Shown: positions 45,144 through 61,506, counted from the stretch's first letter. The stretch is 64,000 bases of DNA from Eledone cirrhosa (GCA_964016885.1 OZ024750.1:17112001-17176000); one strand, 5' to 3'. Numbers and translations: made by a program. Notes: generated from the sequence alone by a model not told the origin.

Positions 45144-45168
45144 CACACATATATATATATATATACAC

Positions 45169-45219
<51 letters not shown>

Positions 45220-45230
45220 TATATATACAC

Positions 45231-45293
<63 letters not shown>

Positions 45294-45374
45294 CATATAT
45301 ATATTCATATATACATATATATATTCATATATATATTCATATATATATACATATATATATTCATATATATATAC

Positions 45375-45407
<33 letters not shown>

Positions 45408-46468
45408 CACATATATATATATATATATATATACATATATATATTCATATATATATACATATATATATTCATATATATATTCATATATATATACATATAT
45501 ATATTCATATATATATTCATATATATATACATATATATATTCATATATATATTCATATATATATACATATATACATATATACATATATATATACATATAT
45601 ATACACATATAGATATTCATATATATATACATATATATATACATATATACATATATATATACATATATATATTCATATATATACATATATATATACATAT
45701 ATATATTCATATATATATACATATATATATATATACATTCATATATATATACATATATATATATATACATATATTCATATATATATACACATATATATAT
45801 ACATATATATACATATATTCATATATTCATATATATATATTTATATATATATATATATATATATAACATATATTCATATATATATATTCATATATATATA
45901 TTTATATATATATATACATATATTCATATATATATATATGCACATATATATATATTAATATATATATATATATACATATATATATACACATATATAATTC
46001 ATATATATATACATATATATATACATACATATATACATATATACATACATATATATACATATATACATTCATATATATATACATATATACATTCATATAT
46101 ATATACATATATACATGCATATATATATACATATATACATTCATATATATATACATATATACATTCATATATATATACATATATATATTTATATATATAT
46201 ACATATATATATTCATATATATATACATATATATATTTGTATTCATATATATATATATACATATATATATTCATATATATATATATATACATACATATAT
46301 ACATATATACATATATATATATATACATATATATATACATATATATATACATATATATATATACATATATATATACATATATATATACATATATATATAC
46401 ATACATATATACATACATATATACATACATATATATACACATATATATATATATACATATATATATAC

Positions 46469-46501
<33 letters not shown>

Positions 46502-46502
46502 C

Positions 46503-46533
<31 letters not shown>

Positions 46534-46560
46534 CATATATATACAATAATATATAGATAT
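44565..46560. repeat. ~2 kb (TA)n array with tca/aca interruptions
   Basis: Directly visible; similar large tracts at 24000-25070, 48225-49445 and 52873-54590. Confidence 0.95.
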
Positions 46561-46727
46561 ATATCTATATCTATATATTATTTTAATAAATATTTGCTCT
46601 ACGGTTCTTATATATTTGATATATATTTATCTTTATCGAGCCCGCTTTGGATTTTAGTCTTCAAATTTATTATTATTACTATATATATAGACATACATGC
46701 ATATATATATATATATATTTATTAAAA

Positions 46728-46763
<36 letters not shown>

Positions 46764-46782
46764 ATATATATATATATATATA

Positions 46783-46826
<44 letters not shown>

Positions 46827-46842
46827 TACATGTATATATATA

Positions 46843-46899
<57 letters not shown>

Positions 46900-47012
46900 T
46901 ACATGTATATATATATATAGACATATATAGACATACATGTATATATATATATATAGACATATATATATAGACATACATGTATATATATATATATATATAG
47001 ACATACATGTAT

Positions 47013-47045
<33 letters not shown>

Positions 47046-47053
47046 GAGAGACC

Positions 47054-47107
<54 letters not shown>

Positions 47108-47439
47108 AAGTATGTATGTGTGTGTGTATTCCTAGCTATTCAAAAACATACACACCTCATGTGCAAATGTATGATATAAACCTATATCGTTGCTCTCTAC
47201 CGTAACATATCCTACCTTCAATAGTGATCGATAGAATATGTACTGAGATCGATATAATTGACAAAATCTCCGTTAAAAATTGTACCTCAGCCAAGCCCAG
47301 TGGTTTCGATCCTGGCATACAGGGGTGCGACTTGTGGGTAAAGGTGGTACTCTCTCTCTCTCTCTATATATATATATAAACCTAGCATTGGTTGTCCGCG
47401 AGCTAAGTCCAAAATATCAAGTACCTATTTATTGTATTA

Positions 47440-47806
47440 CCATGATCGGCTGAATTATTCAAAAACTGACTATGAAAGAGTGATGCTAGAGCTGTGAAAT
47501 CTTGCATACATTAAATTTCAGCTCTTCTTCTTAATAACTGCATTGCTACTTTCCAGGAACTATATTAAAAAAATAAACCTCATTTGGTCATTCCATGAGA
47601 GTATCTTGGTCAGCCTATGAAAATCTCATAGGCTGAATATGAAGGAGTGATGCTCGAGCTGTAACATCCTACATGCATTAATTTTAACTCTTTTTTTATT
47701 AATAACTGCATTGTTTCTTTCTTGGGACCATGTTAAAAAATAAGCCCCATTTGGTCATTCCATGAGAGTATCTTGATCAGCCTATGAACGTTTCAGCCGA
47801 CCCTTG
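47440..47806 (+). mobile_element. Mariner-type non-autonomous element built from two ~170-bp head-to-tail units
   Basis: TIRs TA|ccatgatcggctgaa and ttcagccgacccttg|TA; units 47466-47620 and 47633-47788; fused internal TIR palindrome cagcctatga-aaatc-tcataggctg. Confidence 0.7.
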
Positions 47807-48223
47807 TAATACACACACATTGCTGTATTCAAATTCTTGCTTCCTTTTATTGTTATTTTCACTGTAGTACAATTTCAAGTATTTATTTAAAAATATAATA
47901 TACACACACTATTGAGTAACTAATATTCCCTTAAGTAAAAACATTTCATTTTTTCAAATGTTATTCTCACTATATGACAACCTGGGGTGTGAAATAGGAA
48001 TGTGGGGTAATTGTGGTGGGTAGATGTTTATTAAAAATGTATTTAAATAAAAGCGTTCTTTAGTTTTGAACCATTTGGGTACCACTGCCATGGCTGGAAT
48101 AGTCTGAAGGGATTTCAATAAACCAAACCAGTAGAATATTTCTTATTAAAGTAACAAACAGTGTTTCGGACTCACAGACACGCACAAACCTTGTCTATTG
48201 TACTGACTTGTAGATGCATTGGG

Positions 48224-48254
<31 letters not shown>

Positions 48255-48265
48255 CATATACATAA

Positions 48266-48400
<135 letters not shown>

Positions 48401-48481
48401 CATATATATACATATATATATATACATATACATACATATATATATACATATACATATATATATATATACATATATATATAC

Positions 48482-48514
<33 letters not shown>

Positions 48515-49518
48515 CATATATAGCCGTACTAAGAGTGAGAAATGAAATTTCATTTTTTCCATTTATATATATATATATATATATATACATATATATATAC
48601 ATATATATACATATATATATATACACAGAAACTAAGAGTGAGAAATGAAATTTCATTTTTTCCATTTATATATATATATATACATATAAATATATATACA
48701 TATATATATACATATATATATATACTTATATACATATATATATATACTTATATACATATATATATATACATATATATACTTATATACATATATATAAATA
48801 CATATATATACATATACATATATATACATATATATATATACATATATATACATATATATATACATATATATACATAAATATACATATATATACATATATA
48901 TATACATATATATACATATATATATACATATATATACATATATATACATATATATACATATATATACATACATATATATACATATATATACATATATATA
49001 CATATATATACATACATATATATACATATATATACATATATATACATATATATACATATATATACATATATATATACATATATAAACATATATATATACA
49101 TATATAAACATATATATATACATATATAAACATATATATATACATATATAAACATATATATATACATAAACATATATATATATACATATATATACACATA
49201 TATATACATATATATATACATATATATATATATACATATATATACATATATATATACATATATATATATACATATATATACATATATATATACATATACA
49301 TATATATATATACATATATATACATATATATACATATATATATACATATATATATACATATATATATACATATATATACATATATATATACATATATATA
49401 CATATATATATACATATACATATATATATATACAAATATATATATTAAAATAACAGATTAAAGTTTAAACAAAGAATCGCTGCTTTTTAGTCTTCACATT
49501 TATTATTATTATTATTAT

Positions 49519-49565
<47 letters not shown>

Positions 49566-49574
49566 TGTAATAAA

Positions 49575-49900
49575 CAACATAAAATATTTTTTTCATTTAC
49601 CAAAGGTTTCACGAAGACAGACGAGTGTGAAAAGTAAATGGAAGAAACAACAGACGATGAAGTACAATGAAGATCTATATCAGTTTTACAATCAATATAG
49701 TAGAAAACGGGGTAACGTTTCGGACACTAGTTCTTCACCAGAAAATAGATTGAGAAATTAAAGAAGAACTAGAAAGATAGAGGAGAGTTATCTGGGGCAA
49801 GAACGAAAATAAAGCAAGAATCCGCCGGAGGGTCCAATAAATTGAAATTCTTGGAAAATATAGAAAATCTCAAATGTAGAAAAGAATTCTGGACAATGTA
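49575..49900 (-). mobile_element. TA-embedded cassette with variant hammerhead core
   Basis: Minus strand CTGGTGA-agaactagtgtcc-GAAAC (49717-49741), later cgtgaaacc as in family D. Confidence 0.5.
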
Positions 49901-49943
49901 TATGGGTATTTTACCTGATTTTATAAGCTATTATTTATAACAA

Positions 49944-50015
<72 letters not shown>

Positions 50016-50019
<4 letters not shown>

Positions 50020-50209
50020 TTAATATAGAAGAGATTCTACAGGACTAGAACTGTTTCATTCTTTAGAAATCATCAGAGATTCCTGATGATTTCTAAAGAA
50101 TGAAACAGTTCTAGTCCTGTAGAATCTCTTCTATATTAAAACTTTTATACTCTGCTATGTATTGAGTACCTTACTTACTGTGGTTACCTCCGATTCAACC
50201 CGGAATAAC

Positions 50210-50210
<1 letters not shown>
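50016..50210 (+). mobile_element. Family B cassette, palindromic, with complete hammerhead at 50076-50128
   Basis: Arms 50016-50076 and 50083-50143; GAGATTC-CTGATGA-TTTCTAAAGAAT-GAAACAG..CTGTA-GAATCTC. Confidence 0.85.
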
Positions 50211-50270
<60 letters not shown>

Positions 50271-50303
50271 ACAAGTATATATATATATATATAACAAGTA
50301 TAT

Positions 50304-50492
50304 TGGGAGCCCCTACATGGACACACTAGAAGAGGAAGACCAAGGTTAACGTATGTTGATGCCCTAAGGTCAGACACTGGTCTGTTGGAGACGCAGGACA
50401 TGGCAGCGATAATGTGGGACAGAGACCGCTGGAGAGAACTCGTCCATGGATCTCGGGAATTTTACCCGCCTTAGATAGATAGATAGATAGAT
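50304..50492 (+). pseudogene. RTE-clade LINE 3' end with (TAGA)n tail
   Basis: Open frame 50304-50474: WEPLHGHTRRGRPRLTYVDALRSDTGL...MWDRDRWRELV...*. Confidence 0.8.
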
Positions 50493-50507
50493 TTATATAA
50501 GTGTGTA

Positions 50508-50566
<59 letters not shown>

Positions 50567-50737
50567 GTGGGTTCACATAAAACAGTGATCAACACATATG
50601 TAGGATTTAATTATTTATATAAACAAATTTTATATTGTTAGTTTAACTTAACTCCACACCAAAACGAAGACACCTGATGATTTAGTGGTGCTTATAACTT
50701 AATGTCACTAGCATTGCTGCTTAAGTTAAAATTGTTA

Positions 50738-50794
<57 letters not shown>

Positions 50795-51024
50795 ATAATA
50801 TTATGCACTTATACACACACACATGGTGGCTGCCAACTCGTTTTCGAGTACGGCCACTACTTTATATCCATGTAGGAGAACCCCTACCAATGCGCTGAAC
50901 GAGTGTGACTTTTTAGTCCAGCCAGCGACTTGAAAACTCTGGTACAAACACTACACTTGTGACAATTATTGACACAGTGCTGGGCCCATGGTACCATGTG
51001 ACGACAAGTGCAGAGAGATCTCCA

Positions 51025-51059
<35 letters not shown>

Positions 51060-51159
51060 GATATGTAAGATTCCCGAGTTCAGTCGGGGATGAACACAGT
51101 TTAAAAAAAGGTACTCAATACACTGATAGGATATAGGCATCTTTATTATATACGTAGAA

Positions 51160-51228
51160 CTACAGGGCTACAAGACTGGGACTGAAGATTAGATGATTTC
51201 TTACGAATGAAACAGTTTTAGTCCTGTA

Positions 51229-51231
<3 letters not shown>
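51160..51231 (+). mobile_element. Degenerate family B copy with short inverted arm
   Basis: ctacagggctacaa ... gatgatttcttacgaatgaaacagttttagtcctgtag. Confidence 0.6.
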
Positions 51232-51281
<50 letters not shown>

Positions 51282-51318
51282 AATTTATACTCATATAGAT
51301 ATAAGTATTTACTCATAT

Positions 51319-51387
<69 letters not shown>

Positions 51388-51580
51388 TATGAACTTTATA
51401 TATGTTTGCTTATATATATATACGCACAAATATATTATAGACTAAATCAGTCTACGCAAATAACTGGTTATATAGAGGAGCTTATACGCCTGTAAAAGCC
51501 ATTTCCATCTCATAACTTGTTCCTTCTACTTAATACTGTTAATACAACTACATACACATATGGCTACACACACGCATTTA

Positions 51581-51625
<45 letters not shown>

Positions 51626-51795
51626 ATGTATATGTGTGTGTGTGTGTGTTCATATCTATATCGGGGTTGGATTAATAACTGTAAAGAGCAAACATTGTTG
51701 ATAGAACAGCCACATCCGTCGTTGAAGGATAATTATTATATAACATAGATTGTGACGGCGCTTATCACCTTCCATGATAAATAGTTGCGTACACA

Positions 51796-51841
<46 letters not shown>

Positions 51842-52009
51842 CAAAGGGATATTTAATTTGTTTTGTAATTCAACAAATATATTTATAACAGATTCGAAGC
51901 ATTCGACAGGTTTTCTGGAGTGTAATATCCAAACGGAACTTGAACCATTGAGGTCTGATTCCTGGGTATGTCACTATTTATAAAACAAACTTTGTAATTT
52001 TTGCACAAT

Positions 52010-52290
52010 TATTCCTGGAAGAGTTGTGAGGGAAGTGTCTTTAAATACTCCTTCCAGGGGCTTCTGTCAGAAGCAATTTTCTCCAATACATCCGGCTGGA
52101 TCCTTAAGCGGGACAAGGTGATCCCATGGATGTTGTTATCCAACTATCTTGCCCGGGGTCCGCTCCTGGGTTTCCTACCGGTTGGTTTTGTCCGATCCTT
52201 TCCTGGGACATTCTACCCACATGTCCGTAGTATCGTAGCTGTGATCTCTCAAATCGGAGAAGCAGCTTTCTACCTGCAGCTAACTCCCTG
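52010..52290 (-). pseudogene. RTE-clade LINE 3' fragment
   Basis: LLLRFERSQLRYYGHVGRMSQERI then frameshifted KPTG..PR..PRAR..DNIH..SDRSPWK. Confidence 0.75.
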
Positions 52291-52467
52291 ATTTCCGGGC
52301 CAGCCACTCTATTGAATAACATTACTCCACAGACCCTACGGAAAACCCCCTAAAATTCATGACAATAAGTAAAGCCTGGCAAAAGTACCGAATTGAGAAT
52401 AGCAAATTTAGCTTTTACACCAAACTACCTTCTTTTGAAGACCGAATGGTGAAGCTTGGACATTGCC

Positions 52468-52542
<75 letters not shown>

Positions 52543-52547
<5 letters not shown>

Positions 52548-52707
52548 AACGAGTAGGACCCCGACGGCTGAGCTCAAGCCGTTAGGTCGAAACGGCTTGA
52601 GCTCAGCCGTCGGGGTCCTACTCGTTCCTATTACCCACTCTACTACCCTAAGTATTGAGTACTTTGGTGCGTTATGGTCCACCTGGTTCCTTACCACATT
52701 TCCTTCG

Positions 52708-52710
<3 letters not shown>
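52543..52710 (+). mobile_element. Family A cassette, palindrome 52543-52631 plus tail
   Basis: Perfect ~39-bp arms; contains the 3' half of a hammerhead, GAAAC-GGCT-tgagctc-AGCC-GTC. Confidence 0.85.
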
Positions 52711-52747
<37 letters not shown>

Positions 52748-52751
<4 letters not shown>

Positions 52752-52872
52752 GTGGTTACACAACAGTTAGTTCACCATACCGAGAACAATTGTTGTGTAA
52801 CCACATCTATCTAACTCGTCCCATGGACTGAGTGCTCTACCACTACGGATATTACCTTCCAGTGTTCTACCT
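52748..52872 (+). mobile_element. Family F cassette with inverted 5' part
   Basis: 52748-52790 is the reverse complement of a sequence matching 11177-11220; 52790-52872 matches 11203-11282. Confidence 0.78.
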
Positions 52873-52887
52873 CTATATATATATATG

Positions 52888-52954
<67 letters not shown>

Positions 52955-52961
52955 TATATAC

Positions 52962-53083
<122 letters not shown>

Positions 53084-53116
53084 TATATACATATATTTAC
53101 ATATACATATATATAT

Positions 53117-53213
<97 letters not shown>

Positions 53214-53279
53214 CATATATATATTTACATATACATAAATATACACACACATATATATATATATATTCACACACACATA

Positions 53280-53321
<42 letters not shown>

Positions 53322-53355
53322 CATATATATATACATATATATATACACATACATA

Positions 53356-53407
<52 letters not shown>

Positions 53408-53563
53408 CATATATATATACATATACATATATATATATACATATATATATACATATACATATATATATATATATATACATATATATATAGATATATATAT
53501 ACATATATATATACATATACATATATATATACATACACATACATATATATATATATATACATT

Positions 53564-53595
<32 letters not shown>

Positions 53596-53899
53596 CATAT
53601 ATACATATATATACATATATACATATATATACATATATATATACATATACATATATATATATATACATATATATACATATATATATATATATACATATAT
53701 ATACATATATATATATATACATATATATACATACATATATATATACATATATATACATATATATACATATACATATATATATATATACATATATACATTA
53801 TATATACAATTATATATATACATGTATATATATATATATACATATATATATACATATACATATATATATATATATACATACATTTATACATACATATAC

Positions 53900-53930
<31 letters not shown>

Positions 53931-53981
53931 CAATTATATATATACATATATATATACAATTATATATATACATATATATAT

Positions 53982-54012
<31 letters not shown>

Positions 54013-54039
54013 CAATTATATATATATATATATATATAC

Positions 54040-54084
<45 letters not shown>

Positions 54085-54169
54085 ATATATATCTACAAAT
54101 ATATATATGCATACAAATATATATATACATATACATATATACATACAAATATATACATACATATATATA

Positions 54170-54212
<43 letters not shown>

Positions 54213-54481
54213 TATATATATATATATATATATATCATATATATATATCATATATATATATATATATATATATCATATAGTAATAATAATAATATATATA
54301 TATATGTATATATATCATATATATATATATCATATATATATATATCATATATATATATCATATATATATATATATATCATATATATATATATATATCATA
54401 TATATATATATATATATCATATATATATATATATATATCATATATATATCATATATACATATATATATACATATATATATC

Positions 54482-54592
<111 letters not shown>

Positions 54593-55257
54593 ATTAGTAA
54601 ATTAGCAAATTATTCATTATTCAAATTTAAAGAAAGTATCGAAGTAGAGTGTACATAATAAAATGATATACAGACCATAAAGACAAGCCATTGATGACCA
54701 TCAAAGTAGATTAAGCCTGGTCGTAGGTCCTATGTGTCTTATAATATATCGTTAAGTTTCTGGGTGTGTGTATATATGTGTGATAGAATGGTGAGCCGTT
54801 AACTAATAGAATTTAACCACATCAGGTAGCAGATTAATATATTTCACCCACCACTACATACATACATACATACATACATTCCTATCTACATACATACATA
54901 CCTACATACATACATACATACATACATACATACATACATGCATACATACATACACACATACATACATACATACCTACATACCTACATACCCACATACATA
55001 CATACATACATACATACATACATACATACATACATACCTACATATATACATACATACATACATACATACATCCATATATACCCACATACATACATACATA
55101 CATACCTACATACATACATGTGACCTTTACTGGTCTAGTACAGTTTCGTTCGGTGATGAAATATGTGTTAGGGACAGATAGAATGTTATATATGTACATA
55201 TAGAAAGAGGAAAGTTGATAGCAAGGAAACTACACATGTATATATATATATATATAT

Positions 55258-55433
55258 ATGAACGAGTAGGACCCCGACGGCTGAGCTCAAGCCGTTTCGA
55301 CGGCTAATTCCGTCGAAACGGCTTGAGCTCAGCCGTCGGGGTCCTACTCGTTCATATCACCCACTCTACTACCCTAAATATTGAGTACTTTGGTGCGTTA
55401 TGGTCCATCTGGTTCCTTACCACAATTCCTTCG

Positions 55434-55436
<3 letters not shown>
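55258..55436 (+). mobile_element. Family A cassette, palindrome 55258-55355 plus tail
   Basis: Perfect arms around a ctaatt loop. Confidence 0.85.
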
Positions 55437-55500
<64 letters not shown>

Positions 55501-55503
<3 letters not shown>

Positions 55504-55603
55504 CGGCGATGAATTAGTTTTGCGAGGTTTTTGATATAAAACAGTGAGTGTGTTCTGTTATTAATTCTGGCAATATTACACAAATATGACCCTCCCCAAG
55601 TAT

Positions 55604-55610
<7 letters not shown>
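55501..55610 (-). mobile_element. Family C cassette with inversion plus deletion
   Basis: 55501-55535 is the reverse complement of 40440-40474; 55540-55610 is in the opposite orientation. Confidence 0.75.
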
Positions 55611-55639
<29 letters not shown>

Positions 55640-55646
55640 TCACACA

Positions 55647-55693
<47 letters not shown>

Positions 55694-55930
55694 CTTCAAA
55701 TGAATTTCCGTCGGAAAGGTACAGGAAAAAAGAGTGCTCTATGTAGGCTACAGAGCTTATTAGTTATTTCTTTATTTATAACTATATATGTACATACATA
55801 TTTCTTTATATATATATATATATATACTACACTCTGTCCAGCTCTACACCTCGACACAGAAGTGAACCTAAACATCGAGTTCTCACCCTGGTTAACCTAC
55901 AGTAACTCCACGTTACACTCCCTGGGTATG

Positions 55931-55961
<31 letters not shown>

Positions 55962-56126
55962 GTGTGTGTGTTTATATCAGGTTCGAACACTAATGAATCG
56001 TTCCTCAAGCTGACCGACAGTGAAACATATGTAATATGTTATTAAATATGTAATGATGCAACACTCATTCTTTGTTCGTTTATTTTTATACTATATATAT
56101 ATATATATATATATATACATACGTTC

Positions 56127-56187
<61 letters not shown>

Positions 56188-56192
56188 CATTC

Positions 56193-56265
<73 letters not shown>

Positions 56266-56270
56266 CATTC

Positions 56271-56307
<37 letters not shown>

Positions 56308-56312
56308 CATTC

Positions 56313-56356
<44 letters not shown>

Positions 56357-56359
56357 TCG

Positions 56360-56390
<31 letters not shown>

Positions 56391-56451
56391 TCATATATAT
56401 ATATATATATATATACATTCGTATATAGATATATATATATATATACATTCG

Positions 56452-56489
<38 letters not shown>

Positions 56490-56552
56490 TGCATTCGTAT
56501 ATAGATATAGATATATGTGTATATATATTATGCATTCGTATATAGATATAGA

Positions 56553-56592
<40 letters not shown>

Positions 56593-56645
56593 TATATATC
56601 GTTGATGTTTATAATAAAGGGTTCGAGATTGGTTGTGTGTATAGA

Positions 56646-56733
<88 letters not shown>

Positions 56734-57315
56734 AAATAGATGTTGTATACGTCATATATAACATAGATGTTATATATGATTCAGTATATACACCATCAAA
56801 CATAATCAACATAATCAACAATTACATAAAGAAATTCATAGGTATATATATACAGACATGTAATCAATGAAATAGTTGTTTAGTATTTATATAGAAAGAT
56901 ATGTTTATATGTTTCTATATAAATACTAAACAAGATGTTTAGTATTTATATAGAAACATATAAATGTATTAATACATACGCACATACATGTATGAATACA
57001 TACATACACACACGCGTGTGCATATATATATACATATATATGTGTGTATATGAATACATATGTATATGTATACATATATATGTATACACACACACATATA
57101 TATATATATATATAAATATATATTCATACATATATTTATATATACATGCATTCCTAAGCGTGTTCATAGTCAGCCTTATAATTTCAGTGTTTATTTTCTT
57201 TTAATTGTTCAACTATATATATATATATATATAGACATATATGTATGAATGTATATGAATGTATATATGTATATATATATATATAGACATATATATGTAT
57301 GTATGTATGTATATG

Positions 57316-57349
<34 letters not shown>

Positions 57350-57481
57350 CATATATGTATGAATGTATATGTATATATATATATATATAGACATATATGT
57401 ATGAATGTATATGAATGTATATATGTATTTATATATATATATATATATATATATGTATGAATGTATATGAATGTATATATG

Positions 57482-57532
<51 letters not shown>

Positions 57533-57555
57533 GTATATGAATGTATATATGTATT

Positions 57556-57590
<35 letters not shown>

Positions 57591-57591
57591 G

Positions 57592-57623
<32 letters not shown>

Positions 57624-57933
57624 GACATATGTATGTATACATGTATATGTATATAGACATATATATGTATGTATGTATGTATATGAATGTATATATGTGT
57701 ATATACATATATATATATAGTGTGTGTGTGTATGCATGCATGAATATATGTATGTATGTGTATAATATAGAAACACAAAAAAGACGCATATATATATATA
57801 ACTTATATATATATATATATATACATATATACAATATACTTACTATTTGATACACTCTTGCCTTTCAGTTTAATTTGAAATTGTATATCCGTACAATCAA
57901 TAAATATGTAAACTCTTCTGACGTATATATATG

Positions 57934-57964
<31 letters not shown>

Positions 57965-58788
57965 ATATATGTATATATATGTATATATATAATTAATTAT
58001 TATTCATTTCACACATAAATATATATGATAAATATATATATATATATATATATACATATATACCTTTTTTTAATTTATATACATATATGGTATACGTATG
58101 TATATGTAGGTGTATATATATACATATTCAATAAACACTGCAATATATCGATTTATTCACCACACTTCTTATATGAAATATTTGGGGGCTGTTTTTGTTT
58201 TTGTTTTTGTTTTTGTTTTTGTTTCTAGTTTTTTTTTTTTTTTTTTGTTTTTTTTTATGTGTATAAATTTACACACTAAATAACACGCGTACACACATGT
58301 ACTAAACACCAGACGTTGTTTTAAATGATAGCCAGTTTCAATAGTGTCTCATGGTTCGTCTATTTTTTTCTATTGAAGTATATATATATCTCTCTCTCTC
58401 GCTCGCTCTCTCTCTGTCTCTCTCTCGCTCTCTCATTAAAAGGCGTTCGTTTGGTTTCGTTGGTTATGTCCTCCGACTTGTAGCAGAAATATAACAGACG
58501 TATCATGTAGAGGTTGGTTAGCGTGTTTGTTGTGCTAGTAACTTGCTGCTTTCTGTTATCTTCTTCATTGAGTAGAGTGAAGGGGAGGAAGTGTCGGAGT
58601 TAGTTAGAGAGATAGAGTAAGAGTGAGAGTGTGAGAGAGGGACGGTGTATTATAGTACTGTAGTGGGAGTGTCGATGGTCGACTGGAGGTGATCTGATGA
58701 ATTTTTTTTTCAGAAAACAAAAAACAAATACGACCTAAAACATATATAAACAAACACTTATATGTATGTATATATATATATATGTATA

Positions 58789-58841
<53 letters not shown>

Positions 58842-58855
58842 ATATATTTATATAT

Positions 58856-58900
<45 letters not shown>

Positions 58901-59122
58901 TATAAATATCTGTATGTGTATGTATATATATATATATATATAAATATCTGTATGTGTATGTATATATATATGTGTGTGTGTGTGTGTATTAATATCTATA
59001 TAAGTATGTATATATATATATATATACATACACACACATATATATATATTAATATCTATATGTGTATGTATGTGTATATATATACTAATATCTATGTGTA
59101 TATATATTAATATCTATATGTG

Positions 59123-59160
<38 letters not shown>

Positions 59161-59262
59161 TATTAATCTCTATATATGTATGTATATGTATGTATGTGTA
59201 TGTATATGTATTTATCTATGTATATATATATATATATGTATGAATGTGTAGGTATATGTACG

Positions 59263-59316
<54 letters not shown>

Positions 59317-59336
59317 TATGTTTATGTATGTATATG

Positions 59337-59398
<62 letters not shown>

Positions 59399-59470
59399 TA
59401 TGTATATGTATGTATATGTATATATATGTATGTATATATATGTATGTGTATGTATGTATGTATGGCTCAC

Positions 59471-59634
59471 CTTGTCGACCAAGAGACACAGAACCTACGA
59501 CCGTTCGCTCCTTTTTACTCAATAAGTGACACCACACCACAGCTCCTCACACCACTACACAGTCCCGCCGCCGATCTGAGACTATACCAAAATATACATC
59601 GAAAAATGCCAACCACTACACTCACTGGGACTGA
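59471..59634 (-). promoter_or_regulatory. Candidate non-coding first exon with Inr-like TCAGTC and AAG|GTGAGC donor
   Basis: Unique, relatively GC/CpG-richer island; donor GT at 59470-59469; TCAGTC at 59634-59629. Confidence 0.25.
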
Positions 59635-59709
59635 GTGAGGGAAACAGTGAGTGAGTGAGTGAGAGAGTAAGAGAGGGGGAGAGAGAGAGAGGGTGAGAGT
59701 ATGTGAGAG

Positions 59710-59950
59710 AGGGAGAGTATGTGAGAGTGAGAGAGACGGATTGATAGGGAGAGAATGTGAGAGTGAGAGAGACGGATTGATAGGGAGAGTATGTGAGAGT
59801 GAGAGAGACGGATTGATAGGGGGAGAATGTGAGAGTGAGAGAGACGGATTGATAGGGGGAGTATGTGAGAGTGAGAGAGACGGATTGATAGGGGGAGAAT
59901 GTGAGAGTGAGAGAGACGGATTGATAGGGGGAGTATGTGAGAGTGAGAGA
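59710..59950. repeat. 36-bp minisatellite (gagagagacggattgatagggggagaatgtgagagt) x ~6
   Basis: Directly visible. Confidence 0.9.
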
Positions 59951-61254
59951 GATGGGGGAGAGAGAGTGAGAGAGTGTGTGAGACGGGGGAGAGAGAGTGA
60001 GAGAGTGTGTGAGAGAGAGAGCGAGAGAGAGTGTGTGTGTGTATGAGCATATGAGTAAGAAAGTGAGAGAGAGAGAGATGAGAGAGAGATGAGTGAGTGA
60101 GTGAGTGAGTGAGTGAGTGAGTGAGTGAGTGAGTGAGTGAGTGAGTGTAATGACATATGAGTGAGTGTTTATTTACCCTGCTTCACTCATACGAGTGAAA
60201 CTAACCAGTAAAGAAAGGGAAGGAGGAGAGGATAATATGTGATAAAATAAGTAAATATATACATATATACGCACACATTATATATATATACATACATTCA
60301 TGCGTGTATATATGTATATATGTATATATGTTTGTTATATAAATACACATTCTCCCACGCAAACACACTGACACACACACACATATACATACACACTCAT
60401 GTACACACACATATATATACACACTCGTACACACACACATATACATACGCACTCATGTACACACACACAGACATGCATATACTCATGTACACATACAGAC
60501 ACATATGTACACATACGCACTCATGTACACACACACATATACATACACACTCATGCACACTCACACACATACATACACACATGTACACACACATATACAT
60601 ACACACTCATGTACACTCACACACATACATACACACATGTACACACACATATACATACACACTCATGTACACTCACACACATACATACACACATGTGCAC
60701 ACACACATATACATACATACACTCATATACACACACATACATACACTCATGTACACACACACACACACATACACACACACTCATGTACACACACATACAT
60801 ACACACTCATGCACACAGTCACTCACAATATGTGTATGAGTGTGTGTATGTATGTGTGTCTGCGTGGGAGAGTGTGTATTTATTTATCAAACATATATAC
60901 ACGCATGTATGTTTATATACATATATACACGCATATATATATTAGGAAGTTTTTGATTTTAACACAGACTCAAACTCACACGAACACACGCACACATAAC
61001 TATCACTATATATATACACACGTGTGTGTAAGTGTGTGTATATATATATATACATACATATATATATATATACATATATACATGCATACATATATACATA
61101 TATATATACATACACATACATACATACATACATATATATATATATACATACATACATACATATGGTTAATTATGCTAATTTGGAGAGGAAATGGTATATA
61201 TTATATCTAGTGATTCTAAAGACATGTTTTATGATATATATACATACATACATA

Positions 61255-61302
<48 letters not shown>

Positions 61303-61309
61303 CATACAC

Positions 61310-61352
<43 letters not shown>

Positions 61353-61506
61353 TATATATATGTAAGTATCTATGTAGGTGTAAAATTTAAAATATATTTT
61401 AATTGTGAATAACATATACAAAAGTTTTGTAATAACAATATTTTTGATGATGATGATGATGGTGATGATGATGTAAGTAATAATAATAAATAATACTAAT
61501 AACAAT

